DNA of 64,000 nucleotides from Gemmatimonadota bacterium. GTDB lineage: Bacteria > Gemmatimonadota > Gemmatimonadetes > Longimicrobiales > Gaopeijiaceae. The position numbers were made by a program, and so were the translations under genes. The stretch is taken from NCBI GenBank assembly GCA_034521595.1, contig JAXHMG010000003.1, forward strand, positions 1,376,001-1,440,000, given 5' to 3'. Below are positions 18,131 to 28,406 of the stretch, piece by piece; the first letter of the stretch is position 1; every line of letters begins with the position of its first letter. Under the pieces are notes generated by a model. The model was given only the letters and a program-made list of their open reading frames with translations, was not told where the DNA came from and did not search any database.

Positions 18131-19381
18131 ATGATTACACTCGCATGGATCCTCGGGGTCGCGCTGTCGACCTCCTTCATGTGCTCCGTCCTCGAGGCGG
18201 TGTTCCTCTCGGTCTCGCACTCGCACACGGCCCTCCTGCGCGAGCGCGGTCACCCCGCGGGCGAGTGGCTCGCCTGGGCCCAGAAGAACATCGACGAGCC
18301 CATCGCGGCGATCCTCACGCTCAACACCATCGCGCACTCCATGGGAGCCGCGATGGGCGGCGCGGTGGCGGCCCAGGTCTTCGGGCAGGCGTGGGTCACC
18401 GCGTTCTCGGCGGCCCTCACCCTCGCGGTGCTCCTCTTTTCGGAGATCGTGCCCAAGACCCTGGGGGCCACGTTCTGGAAGCAGTTGACCATCCCATCGG
18501 TTAACGTTCTGAAGGTCATGATTCTCGTCATGAAGCCGGTGCTCATTCCGCTGGGCTGGCTCTCCAGGTTGATGACCCCCAGGGGCGATCACCCGACGGT
18601 CAGCCGCGCGGAGCTTCAGGTCCTGGCCGAGATCGGTCGGCGTGAAGGGGCCCTCGACGAGGACGAGTGGCGGGTCGTTTCCAGCGTGATCCGGCTCGAC
18701 GAGGTGTCGATCGGCGAGGTCATGACCCCGCGCACCGACGTCGTCGCCATCCCGTCGACCTCGACGGTCCAAGAGGCCCGCGACACCATGCTCGAGACCG
18801 GGCACATGCGCCTCCCCGTCTTCGAAGACAACCTCGACCACGTGATCGGCATCGTGATCGCCCGTGACGTGTGGCGGGCGGATCGCGACGGAGTCGAGGA
18901 GCTCGACATGGTCATGCGGCCGCTCCCCTTCGCTCCGGCGTCGAAGCCGGTGGAGAACCTGATCCCGGAGATGCGCCAACAGCGGACGAAGATGGCCATC
19001 GTGCTCGACGAGTTCGGGGGCACGGCCGGCCTCGTGACCCTCGAGGACCTCATCGAGGAGATCGTGGGCGAGATCCAGGACGAGCACGAGGTGGATGAGC
19101 CGGTGAACTTCCAGCTCCTGGCGGGCGGACGCCTCAGAGTCTGGGGTGGCACCTCGTTGCGGGAAGGCGCCGACCGCCTCGGACTCACGACGGAGGAAGA
19201 CGAGGACTTCGATACCGTGGGCGGGCTCGTCTTCGGCCGGCTCAACCGGATTCCGTCGGTGGGGGACGAGATCGACGTGGGATCGGGCCGGCTGCGCGTG
19301 ACCCGCATGCGCGGACGGCGCATCGAGTACCTGCTCTTTCTACCGCACGAGAGTACGGGAGCCTCGACGGGAGTGGGCTGA
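18131..19381 (+). CDS. CNNM/CorB (hemolysin family) membrane protein with CBS pair and CorC domain
   Basis: CSVLEAVFLS, SEIVPK, EVMTPR, DEFGGTAGLVTLEDLIEEIVGEI, DTVGG. Confidence 0.9.
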   Translation: MITLAWILGVALSTSFMCSVLEAVFLSVSHSHTALLRERGHPAGEWLAWAQKNIDEPIAAILTLNTIAHSMGAAMGGAVAAQVFGQAWVTAFSAALTLAVLLFSEIVPKTLGATFWKQLTIPSVNVLKVMILVMKPVLIPLGWLSRLMTPRGDHPTVSRAELQVLAEIGRREGALDEDEWRVVSSVIRLDEVSIGEVMTPRTDVVAIPSTSTVQEARDTMLETGHMRLPVFEDNLDHVIGIVIARDVWRADRDGVEELDMVMRPLPFAPASKPVENLIPEMRQQRTKMAIVLDEFGGTAGLVTLEDLIEEIVGEIQDEHEVDEPVNFQLLAGGRLRVWGGTSLREGADRLGLTTEEDEDFDTVGGLVFGRLNRIPSVGDEIDVGSGRLRVTRMRGRRIEYLLFLPHESTGASTGVG

Positions 19382-19384
19382 GCG

Positions 19385-19951
19385 TCACCGCTCCGGAACC
19401 ACGTCCTCCACGTCCCTGACCTCGGCGGCCTCGACCGCGTGCCCACCCCGATCCGCCGCGTCCTGCTCTACCGCCGCCTCATGGCGCTCTTCGAGCCAGA
19501 ACGAGATCGCGAGCATGACGGCACCGCACGAGATCGCGATGTCCGCCACGTTGAAAATCGGAAAGTACCAGAAGCCGAGATCGATGGGGCCGATGAAGTC
19601 CACCACGCCCCGGTCCCAGCGCAGCCGGTCGTAGAGGTTGCCGAGCGCTCCGGACACGACGAGAGAGATCGCCCCGATCCGGAGGTAGTCGCGCCGGTCC
19701 GCCTGCTTGTAGAGCATCCCGAGGAGCCCCAACGCGATGAAGGTCACCGGCACGAAAAGCCACCGGGAATCGTCACCCACGCTGATGCCGAACGCCGCTC
19801 CCTTGTTGAACGCGAGCGTGAGCGGAACGAGCCCGCCGAACAGCTCTCCGCGCTCGAAGGCGAGCGTCCTCAAGGCCCAACTCTTCGTGGCCAAGTCGGC
19901 CGCGATCACGATCGGGAGGATGATTGCCAAGTAGAGGAGCTTGACGCGCAC
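19385..19951 (-). CDS. lspA: Signal peptidase II
   Basis: DLATK, NKGAAFG, GALGNLYDR, VVDFI, FNVAD; GTG start at 19951 chosen. Confidence 0.92.
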   Translation of the reverse strand: MRVKLLYLAIILPIVIAADLATKSWALRTLAFERGELFGGLVPLTLAFNKGAAFGISVGDDSRWLFVPVTFIALGLLGMLYKQADRRDYLRIGAISLVVSGALGNLYDRLRWDRGVVDFIGPIDLGFWYFPIFNVADIAISCGAVMLAISFWLEERHEAAVEQDAADRGGHAVEAAEVRDVEDVVPER

Positions 19952-20057
19952 GGGGCTCGAAGGATGCGAGACACGATCAGGAAGGTTCCGGCAGTCTACG
20001 CACGCGACGTCCGTTCGTTCCCTTCCGCGGAAAGCCGGAAAACGCCTCCGCCCCTCT

Positions 20058-21644
20058 TCAAACGGGACCCTCTTCCACCCCACCTCCCCACGCCCACCGG
20101 ATCGAGAAGAGGTCGGCGCGCCGGTCCGTCCAGGGTTGCACGGTCCCGGAATAGCGGTGACGCCTGAGGAGCTCGAGATCCAAATCCGCGATCACCAGGG
20201 TCTCGACGTTCGGCGTGGATTCGGCAGCGATGCCATCCCGTGCGAAGGAGAAATCGAGCGGCGTGAAGATGGCCGACTGCGCGTAGTGCACGTCGGCGTT
20301 GTCCACGAACGGCAGGTTGCCCGTGCAGCCCGCGATCGCGACGAACACGTTGTTCTCGACCGCCCGCGACATCGCGGCGTACCGTGTGCGCAGGTACGCG
20401 GAACGGTCGTTGGCGGCGAAGGGCACGAAGATGATCTCGGCCCCCCGCGCCGCGGCCACCCGGGCCAGCTCGGGAAAGACAACATCATACGAGATCAGGA
20501 TCCCGACCTTGCCGTGATCCGTATCGAACACGGCGAGGTCGTCCCCGCCCTCCAAGCCCCACCACCGCCGCTCGTCCGGGGTGACGTGCAGCTTCGTCTG
20601 CTGCTCGATGGTGCCGTCCCGCCGGAACAGGTACGCGATGTTGTACAGGTGGTCGCCCTGCAGCGTGAACTGCGAGCCCCCGATGATGTTCACGTTGTAC
20701 TTCACGGCCGCGCGGGTGAAGAACTCCAGGTAGTCTGGTGTTCTGCGGGCGACCCCGCGCACCGCATCGGCCGGCTGCCCATCCGGCTCGAGTCCGAGCA
20801 ACTGGGTCGTGACGAGCTCGGGGAAGAGGACGAAGTCCGACCCCTGGTCGGCCGCTGCATCCAGGAAATAGGCGCACTGCCGGCAAAACGCCTCCCAACT
20901 CTCGATCGGCCGCATCTGATACTGGACGGCGCAGAGCCGCACCGGCATCACGCGGTGCCAACTCCGCTGCCGCTCCGGCACATAGTCGAGGTTCGTCCAC
21001 TCGAGGTGCGTCGCGTACCCACGCGAGGCCTCATCCAGGGGATAGTAGTTCGGGACGAGCGCGCGCAGCACGAACCCGTTCGCCACCTGCGTGGTGAGCA
21101 CCGGGTCGTAGAGCCCGCGTTCCGTGACCTTCTCCACGTACTCGCGCGCGGTCATGTCTTCGGGTTGGTCCCCGTAGCCCGGAATCCGGCCACCAATCAC
21201 GATCCGGGCCAGGTTCAGCCTTCGGCACAGGTCCTTCCGGGCATCGTAGAGCCGCTGGGCGAGGTGCATGCCCCGGTACTCCGGATCCACCATGATCTCG
21301 ATGCCGTAGAGCGTGTCGCCGTCCGGCTCGTGCGTCCGGATGTAGCCGGAGTCCGAGATCCGCTCCCAATCGTGCCAATCTTCGTAGCGGTCGTAGTCGA
21401 CGATCAGGGAACTCGCCGACCCGACGATCCGCCCATCCAGCTCGACGCAGATCTGTCCTTCCGGGAAGACATCGAGCTGGCTCTCGATCTCGTCCCGCTC
21501 CCATAGATCATTTATGCCGGGGAAGCACCGACGCTGCAGCGCTACGAGCTCCTCGTAGTCGCCTCGCTCGATCGGACGGACCCGTATCTTCTGCTCGAAG
21601 TCCTCCAACCGTAGCTTGTCTTCCCCGGTCCCTGATCCAGACAT
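20058..21644 (-). CDS. GNAT N-acetyltransferase / carbon-nitrogen hydrolase (nitrilase-fold) fusion; nucleophile position is Ser
   Basis: GNAT part FPEGQ, LYGIEIMVDPEYRG..LYDARK; CN-hydrolase part VLFPE, QTKLH, GILISYD; GGAG upstream of ATG 21644. Confidence 0.88.
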   Translation of the reverse strand: MSGSGTGEDKLRLEDFEQKIRVRPIERGDYEELVALQRRCFPGINDLWERDEIESQLDVFPEGQICVELDGRIVGSASSLIVDYDRYEDWHDWERISDSGYIRTHEPDGDTLYGIEIMVDPEYRGMHLAQRLYDARKDLCRRLNLARIVIGGRIPGYGDQPEDMTAREYVEKVTERGLYDPVLTTQVANGFVLRALVPNYYPLDEASRGYATHLEWTNLDYVPERQRSWHRVMPVRLCAVQYQMRPIESWEAFCRQCAYFLDAAADQGSDFVLFPELVTTQLLGLEPDGQPADAVRGVARRTPDYLEFFTRAAVKYNVNIIGGSQFTLQGDHLYNIAYLFRRDGTIEQQTKLHVTPDERRWWGLEGGDDLAVFDTDHGKVGILISYDVVFPELARVAAARGAEIIFVPFAANDRSAYLRTRYAAMSRAVENNVFVAIAGCTGNLPFVDNADVHYAQSAIFTPLDFSFARDGIAAESTPNVETLVIADLDLELLRRHRYSGTVQPWTDRRADLFSIRWAWGGGVEEGPV

Positions 21645-21660
21645 CCAAGGCTCCCATGCC

Positions 21661-22494
21661 ATGTTGATCGATTGCCATGTGCATCTAAACAACTACTACA
21701 CCGAAGAGGGTAAACATCCCAGGCCCACACGTGAAAACGTCGACATGCTCTTCAGGGAGATGGAGGCGCACGACATCGATCACGCGGTGGTCTTGACGTC
21801 TTACCTCGTCAATGTTTCGAGGCCGGCGGTGGAGGATCTGCTCGAGATCCTCGCCGAGGACCGACGCACGACCATCGTCGAGGGGCTACGCTGGCGAAGC
21901 GAAAACCGGACGGACCTCTACCTCATGGAGGAGCGGATCCGGGACGGCCTCGTCAAAGGCATCAAGCTCTACCCCGGATACGACCGGTATCCCATCAACG
22001 ACCCCTCGCTCGAGGCCGTCTTCAGGATCGCAGCCAAGCACGACGTGCCGGTCATGATCCACTGTGGGGACACCTTCGCCAGGGAAGCCAAGGTCCGAAT
22101 GGCGCACCCTCTCCTCGTGGACGACGTGGCCGTGGATTTCCCCGACGTCCGGTTCGTGATCTGTCACCTCGGGAACCCCTGGTTCCTCGATGCGGCACAG
22201 GTCCTGTACAAGAACGAGAACGTCTACGCTGATGTCTCGGGCCTCACGCTCGTGGATCCCGGGGACGCCTACATGCGGTTCCTGGCCGACGGCGTACAAC
22301 GGATGGTGGCTTACATGGGCGATCCCGGTCCGAAGCTGATGTACGGCACCGACTGGCCCCTGGCCGACATGGGCATGTACCGGAGGCTGTTCGACGGGCT
22401 CGGGTTTCCGGAGCACGCGATGGAGGGAATCCTCTGGAAGACGGCGGCAAGGCTGTTCCGAATCGATCTCGCCGAGATCGGCGATGACGCCTGA
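21661..22494 (+). CDS. Amidohydrolase_2 family metal-dependent hydrolase
   Basis: IDCHVH, GIKLYP, VMIHCG, ICHLG, YGTDWP. Confidence 0.88.
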   Translation: MLIDCHVHLNNYYTEEGKHPRPTRENVDMLFREMEAHDIDHAVVLTSYLVNVSRPAVEDLLEILAEDRRTTIVEGLRWRSENRTDLYLMEERIRDGLVKGIKLYPGYDRYPINDPSLEAVFRIAAKHDVPVMIHCGDTFAREAKVRMAHPLLVDDVAVDFPDVRFVICHLGNPWFLDAAQVLYKNENVYADVSGLTLVDPGDAYMRFLADGVQRMVAYMGDPGPKLMYGTDWPLADMGMYRRLFDGLGFPEHAMEGILWKTAARLFRIDLAEIGDDA

Positions 22495-22504
22495 GCGCGA
22501 CCGT

Positions 22505-23041
22505 TTACCCCGCCGGCCGGATCCGTAGCGGGATCATCACGTCGCCCCAGTGGAACCGGATGCGCGCCGAGTCCTGATCGGCCATGGGAAAATCGAACGA
22601 CAGGCTCTCCATGTGATCCGCGGCTTCCTGCGGTTCCACTTCGAGCCGGAGCGCGTCTTGTCCCTCCGGATAGGGGATGTGGAATACGTCGTGCGCGTTG
22701 CTGAAGATCAGGGTCCAGTCATCGGGCCTCGGGATCGCCCAGATGCTGTACTCGCCGGCAGGCAAAGGCTCGCCCTCGATGAGCACGTCCTCGCTGATCT
22801 CGATACGCGTCGCGTCGTCCGCGCCCGGATTCCAGATCGAATCGTAAGGGACGAGCTCGCCGAACAGCTCCCGCCCTCGGGCCATCGGGCGGCTATAGAC
22901 CACCCGGAGCTCGGTCGAGCCCATGCGCTGTGCGACTTCCGCGGGCTGGCTGCCTCGGTCGGAGCCGTCCGCGAGGCCCCAGCACCCCGAAAGGACGACA
23001 GCGGCGAACGCCAGGACGGTGAAGCCGTTCGTGTTTCGCAT
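22505..23041 (-). CDS. DUF2911 family protein, probable lipoprotein
   Basis: YSRP..RGRELFGELVPY..W..GA..AT and LPAGEYS..IP...W motifs; LSGC lipobox. Confidence 0.8.
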   Translation of the reverse strand: MRNTNGFTVLAFAAVVLSGCWGLADGSDRGSQPAEVAQRMGSTELRVVYSRPMARGRELFGELVPYDSIWNPGADDATRIEISEDVLIEGEPLPAGEYSIWAIPRPDDWTLIFSNAHDVFHIPYPEGQDALRLEVEPQEAADHMESLSFDFPMADQDSARIRFHWGDVMIPLRIRPAG

Positions 23042-23249
23042 CGATCTGGATCTCCTCGGAGTATCGAACGTAGGAAAATTCGAAACGGGACAGGGTGGCC
23101 CGTCGAACACGCAACAGGCAAGAGGGGATCGAAGTTCCCGACCCCCCGGCCTTCCCCTACGACGGGAACCCCTAGAGCTTGAAGGTTCGTCACGGTGCTG
23201 CGCTCCCGCGTCCCGGACTCCTCCAGGCCACGGCCACTGTCACCCCACC

Positions 23250-26200
23250 ATGCACGCACCCGCAGAAGGCGATTCCGAGGTAACCGCGCGGCCCTCGTGG
23301 CTGCGGCGGGCAGTCGTGGTGGCAGCCGGACTCGCCGTCACGCTCGCCACGCTCGTGGGAGCGCTGCTCGTCGCTTTGCAGATCGACGCCGTCTCGGGTG
23401 CCGTCGCGCGAAAGGGCGCCGAGCTCGCGTCGTCGGACGCGCTCCGCATCCGCGTGACGGGGGCGACGGGAAGCTGGCTGGGTGGGCTGGACCTGACGGG
23501 GGTGGAGGTCACGGCTCGTTCGGGAGACACGGTCGCGTGGACGACCTCGGTGGACACGCTCTCGGCCCGATATCGGCTCCTGCCGCTGCTCCGGCGACAG
23601 CTGTCGCTCTCGTCCGTCCGGGTCGTCGGGTGGTCCGCCTCGGCGGACCTACCCTTGGGCGGTGACGACGAGGCTCCGGCGGAGGACGCGGCCGCTTCCC
23701 AGTGGACCGTGCGCGTGGATCGCGTGGCGGTCGACGTGACCGAGCTCGCACTCACCTCACCGGACACGGCCGAGCCCTGGAGGCTCACGGACGGGAGGCT
23801 CCGCCTTCGGGATCTCGCCCTCGGACCCGAACGGCTCGGAGGGTCCCTGGACACCCTCACTGCGTCGTTCCGTCCGCCCGAGCGTCCGGCCGGATGGGGA
23901 CACGTAGGGTTGGCCGCCGTCCTCGAGACCGATCGGGTCCGGATCGACGAGCTCTCGCTCCGTTCCCCGGAGAGCGACGTTCGCGCCGCCGGCAGCGTTC
24001 CGCTGACGCTGACCGGCACGGCCCCCGAGGGTCTCGACCTGGGGCTCGCGATCGCCCCCCTGCACCTCCAGGACGTGGCCCCCTTCCTTCCGGCGGCGAT
24101 CCCGGATTCGCTCCGTGTCCGGGGTGAAGGCACCCTGCGGACGACCGCCGACACGCTCCAGGCCCAGTTCAGCGGCGATGCGAACGTGCCGGGGCGGGTG
24201 GCGCTCGAAGGAAGGCTCTGGGGCCCACGGGCAGCTCCGGACGCCACCGTGGCGGCGCGGGTCACGTCCCTCGATCTGCAAGCGTGGGGGCTCACCTCGG
24301 CAGCGTTCGTCTTCGACGGCACGGCCGAGTCCGAGCTCCGCCGGCTGTCCAGGGAAGATATCGGGGCGATGCACGGATCGGTTGGCGTGGAGGCGCGGAT
24401 CGAGGGAGACGACGGATCGTCGTCGGGGCGAGCGTCCGTCGAGGCACGGGCGGACTCGGCCGGCGCCCCCTGGCGCGGGCGTTGGGCCGCATCCGGAGCG
24501 GGCCTGAGCACCGAAGGGGGCGTGGCGCTCACGCTCGGAGACGACCCGGAATGGACGCTGGACGGGGCGTTGGCCTACCGGGGGTCCGACCCGGCCCCGC
24601 GCGCGGACATGGACGAAGCCGACATCCCTACCGGCTTTCCCGTGGTCTCCGCGGACGGTCGCTTCGCGGCGGAGGGCCGGGGGTTCGCTCCGGACTCCCT
24701 GGACGGCGTCTTGAGGGTGGAGCTCGACTCGCTGCGGGCCCGGCTCGGGGCCTCCGACGCAAGCACACGTGTGGGCCCGGGGACGCTCACGGCCGAGCTT
24801 CAGCGTGGAGACGCGTCGGCCCGGATGGAATTGGACGCGGGCGGAGGACGCGCGGAACTGGAGGTCGAAGGCAGCCTCCCGGACCGGAGCGTCCGGTCCG
24901 TCCAGGCCCACCTGCACGACATCGACGTGGCCCGGCTCGTGGGCGACACCGTGCCCAGCCGAATCCGCGCGGAGCTTTCCGGATCCATGCCGGGGACGGC
25001 ACCGCTCCAGGCATCCGGCGACCTCCGGATTCTGCATGCCTCGTACGGTCCGTGGACGGTGGATACAGCCCGGGCGTCGGTCGAGGCCCGTGGCGAGGAC
25101 GTGTCGCTCCGCCTGAGCGCCGCCCTGCCCGACTCCGCCCTCGTCGCCGCCGGGGGGCGAATCCGGTGGAACGAGACGGGCGTGCGGGAAGCCGCGCTGG
25201 ACTCGCTCTCGTGGTCTCATCTGAACGTGCGCGCGCTCGGCGGCGTCGCGGAAGACTCACCCGTCCCGCCCACCCGTTTGGCGGGCACCGGACAGGGCCG
25301 AGTCGAGCGCGTGGGCGACGGGTGGCGCGGGGCGTTGGCCCTCCTCCTGGGACCGTCGGACATCGGCGATGCGGTGTTGGACCGGGGCACGGCAGACGTT
25401 CGGATGGACCCGTCGGCGACAGAGCTGACCCTCACGCTGGAAGCCGGAGACATGCGCGTGGACGCGCGTGGGCGGATGGACGCTCCCGCGCCGGATCTGG
25501 AAAGCGAACGAACGGTGACCTTGTCCGATCTTCGCTTCCGGGACCTGGATCTCGGAGCCTTGACGGCGGGGAGCGTGCCACCGACCCGGCTGACCGGAGC
25601 GGCGTCGGGCGAGGTCGCCGGCGCGACGCTCGCAGAGGCGGTGGGCAGCGGGCTCTTCGCCCTCTCGACCTCGAGCGTGGACAGCACCGTCATCGACACG
25701 GCGAGCATCGCGCTCTCCCTCGACTCGGGACGCATTCGCACCGAAGCGCGCGCGGAAGGGCTGGAAACCGTGCTTCTGGTTGACGGCGAAGCCGACGTCG
25801 GTGGCGCCGCGCCGACCTACTCCATGCAGGGATCCCTCGACCGCCGGGCCTCCGACACGGACACGGACCTGAGCGCCCTCGCTCGATTCGGGCTCGAGGG
25901 CAGCGGTCTCCACCCGGACACCGCCGACGCCGAGCTCTGGGTCGAGGTGGACTCTGCACGGTGGACGGGCCGCACGGTCGATCGAGGGGTGTTGCGGGCC
26001 GGCCTGCGGGAGGGCGTCGCGCGCATCGACACGCTGGCCCTGAGCCTGCCAGGTGCGTCGCTCGTAGCCGGAGGCGAGTTACCCCTGTCCGCTCGGGAAG
26101 GGCGGAGCGGAACGCTCCACATGTCCGGCGAGCTCACCCGGGCCGACCTGCTCGGAGCGGGCGCGAGTCCGGGCATCCTGGCCGTCGGCGAAGCACGTCT

Positions 26201-28406
26201 CGAAGTCACGGCTCGGGGAGCTCTGGACGACCTCACGCTCGACGGTGAAGGACACCTCTCGGCTCTCCTCGCCAACGACATCAGGGTACAGGGCGTGGAG
26301 CTCGACGGCACCGGTCGACACACCGCCGGCGAAGGGTGGGTGCAGGGTGAAGGACGTGTCGTCGTGGACCGGCTGCGCCTTCCCACCGCCCCGGTGGAAC
26401 GGATCGAGGTGTCCGCCGTCGTAGAGCCGGAAGACGAGCTGGCGCTCACGGCCTCCGCGGTCGTCGACGGCCGCCGGGACGCGGAGTTGAGCGCCCGGTT
26501 GGAGCAGCTTTCGGCACCTTCCTCGGTGCTCCTGGAGCGCATGTCGTTCCGCGCGGACGAAGACCGATGGAGCCTCACCCATCCGACCCGCGTCACCGTA
26601 CGGGACGGCTTCGCCGTGGACTCCCTCCGGTTCGCCGCGGACGGCCAGGAGCTACGCCTCCGTGGCGGCATCACCGACGCCGGCCCGCTCGACCTCCAGG
26701 CCAGCGCCCGGTCGTTCGATATCGCGACCGTGTCCGACCTCCTCGGGTATCCCGACCTGGGCGGGCGGTTCACGGGCTCGCTCGACGTCGGGGGCACGGC
26801 CGAGGACCCGGTGCTCGACGGGCACGTCGAAAGCCGCCTCGAGCCCGGCGGCGTCTCCCCTGCGGACCTCGCCCTGTCGCTCGGATACCGCGAGGGCAGG
26901 GCCGACCTGGAAGGCTCGGTAAGCCTGGACGAGGGGCCGGAGCTTCGAGCACGGGCGTCCGTCCCGTTCGACCTCACGTTCGCCGCGCCGGCCGAAGGCC
27001 TCGTCGGAGACGGCGCGATGAGCGGAACCCTCGCGGCCAATTCGTTTCCGTTGGGTTGGCTCGAGCCGTTCACGACCGCATCGGGCGCCGAGGACCTGGA
27101 AGGTCGGCTCGACGGCACCGCCGAAGTCGACGGCACCCCCGACGATCCGGTCTTCAGCGGCCGGCTCGCTCTCGAGAACGGGGCCGTCAGCATGCCCGAC
27201 CTCGGAGTGCGGTACCGGGAGGCTCGGGCGCACCTGACGTTCCGCGGCACGGAAATCGCCATCGATTCGGCCCGGGTCCGCTCGGAAGACGGTACGCTCC
27301 GAACCTCCGGGCGCATCACCGTGGAGCGGATCGACCGACCGGAGTACGCGCTCGCGCTCACGGCCGACCGATTCGTGGTCATGCGCTCGTCCGCGATCCA
27401 CGCCACGGTCTCGGGCGATGTCGACATCGAGGGCGCCGGCGACGCGCCCCGAATCTCGGGTCTCGTCGAGGTAGAGCGTGCGGACCTCTACCTGGGTGAT
27501 CTCATCAGCGAGTCGATGGTGGACCCCGTCACGTTGACGCCCGAGCAGTGGGAAGAGCTCGCGCGGGTCTTCGGCTACGAACGCCCCTCGGGCCGCACGG
27601 AACGCTCTCCCCTCATGGAATCCATCACCCTGGATCTCGACGTGCGCCTGGGACGGGCGTCGTGGGTCCGGCAACGGGCCAACCCCGAGCTGGCGCTGCA
27701 GTTCGACGGGGAGATGTCGGTCCAGAAGGAACCCGGGGATTCACTCCAGCTCGTGGGAAGCGTCGAGGCGGTCCCCGACCGGAGCTGGGTGGAGCAGTTC
27801 GGACGGCGGTTCTCGATCACCGAAGGGCGTCTCACCTTTCAGGGTCCGCCGACCGCCACGGCGGTCGAGGTGCGGGCCGAATACGGCGTCCCGTCCCGTG
27901 ACAACGCCGGTGAGCCGGAGGTCGTCCTGGCGCTCCAGGTTTCGGGCACGCCCGACGACCTGAGCCTCGAGCTGTCTTCCACACCGCCGCTCGAGCCCTC
28001 CGACATGGTCGCCTACCTCGTCACCGGACGGCCGGCCAGCCAATCGCTGAGCGGAGGGGGCGACGGATCGCTCAGGGACACGGGCGGGGCCCTGGCCCTC
28101 GGACAGCTCAGCGGCGCGGTGGAAGCGTACGCCCGGGAACAGGTGGGGCTCGACGTGGTCGAGATCACGACCGACGGTCTAGACGGCGTCACGTTACTCG
28201 CCGGACGGTACCTGTCGCCCGATCTGTACCTCGGCGTACGCCAGCCCATCTCGCTCCAGTCCTCCTCGGAAGACGCGACTCAACGCGCACCGACGACGGA
28301 GGTCGAGTTGGAGCTCCAGGCGGTCCGGTGGCTCCTGCTCAACCTCCGTGCCGGCGGACGGCGCGGCGTGGAGTTCTACGTCCGGTCGAGACTCGCCTAT
28401 GACTGA
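23250..28406 (+). CDS. tamB: TamB/AsmA-like translocation and assembly module protein
   Basis: N-terminal TM anchor; about 1700 aa of beta-taco-like sequence; C-terminal DUF490-like GRRFSITEG.., LSSTPPL, GRYLSPDLYL; start uncertain. Confidence 0.8.
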   Translation: MHAPAEGDSEVTARPSWLRRAVVVAAGLAVTLATLVGALLVALQIDAVSGAVARKGAELASSDALRIRVTGATGSWLGGLDLTGVEVTARSGDTVAWTTSVDTLSARYRLLPLLRRQLSLSSVRVVGWSASADLPLGGDDEAPAEDAAASQWTVRVDRVAVDVTELALTSPDTAEPWRLTDGRLRLRDLALGPERLGGSLDTLTASFRPPERPAGWGHVGLAAVLETDRVRIDELSLRSPESDVRAAGSVPLTLTGTAPEGLDLGLAIAPLHLQDVAPFLPAAIPDSLRVRGEGTLRTTADTLQAQFSGDANVPGRVALEGRLWGPRAAPDATVAARVTSLDLQAWGLTSAAFVFDGTAESELRRLSREDIGAMHGSVGVEARIEGDDGSSSGRASVEARADSAGAPWRGRWAASGAGLSTEGGVALTLGDDPEWTLDGALAYRGSDPAPRADMDEADIPTGFPVVSADGRFAAEGRGFAPDSLDGVLRVELDSLRARLGASDASTRVGPGTLTAELQRGDASARMELDAGGGRAELEVEGSLPDRSVRSVQAHLHDIDVARLVGDTVPSRIRAELSGSMPGTAPLQASGDLRILHASYGPWTVDTARASVEARGEDVSLRLSAALPDSALVAAGGRIRWNETGVREAALDSLSWSHLNVRALGGVAEDSPVPPTRLAGTGQGRVERVGDGWRGALALLLGPSDIGDAVLDRGTADVRMDPSATELTLTLEAGDMRVDARGRMDAPAPDLESERTVTLSDLRFRDLDLGALTAGSVPPTRLTGAASGEVAGATLAEAVGSGLFALSTSSVDSTVIDTASIALSLDSGRIRTEARAEGLETVLLVDGEADVGGAAPTYSMQGSLDRRASDTDTDLSALARFGLEGSGLHPDTADAELWVEVDSARWTGRTVDRGVLRAGLREGVARIDTLALSLPGASLVAGGELPLSAREGRSGTLHMSGELTRADLLGAGASPGILAVGEARLEVTARGALDDLTLDGEGHLSALLANDIRVQGVELDGTGRHTAGEGWVQGEGRVVVDRLRLPTAPVERIEVSAVVEPEDELALTASAVVDGRRDAELSARLEQLSAPSSVLLERMSFRADEDRWSLTHPTRVTVRDGFAVDSLRFAADGQELRLRGGITDAGPLDLQASARSFDIATVSDLLGYPDLGGRFTGSLDVGGTAEDPVLDGHVESRLEPGGVSPADLALSLGYREGRADLEGSVSLDEGPELRARASVPFDLTFAAPAEGLVGDGAMSGTLAANSFPLGWLEPFTTASGAEDLEGRLDGTAEVDGTPDDPVFSGRLALENGAVSMPDLGVRYREARAHLTFRGTEIAIDSARVRSEDGTLRTSGRITVERIDRPEYALALTADRFVVMRSSAIHATVSGDVDIEGAGDAPRISGLVEVERADLYLGDLISESMVDPVTLTPEQWEELARVFGYERPSGRTERSPLMESITLDLDVRLGRASWVRQRANPELALQFDGEMSVQKEPGDSLQLVGSVEAVPDRSWVEQFGRRFSITEGRLTFQGPPTATAVEVRAEYGVPSRDNAGEPEVVLALQVSGTPDDLSLELSSTPPLEPSDMVAYLVTGRPASQSLSGGGDGSLRDTGGALALGQLSGAVEAYAREQVGLDVVEITTDGLDGVTLLAGRYLSPDLYLGVRQPISLQSSSEDATQRAPTTEVELELQAVRWLLLNLRAGGRRGVEFYVRSRLAYD

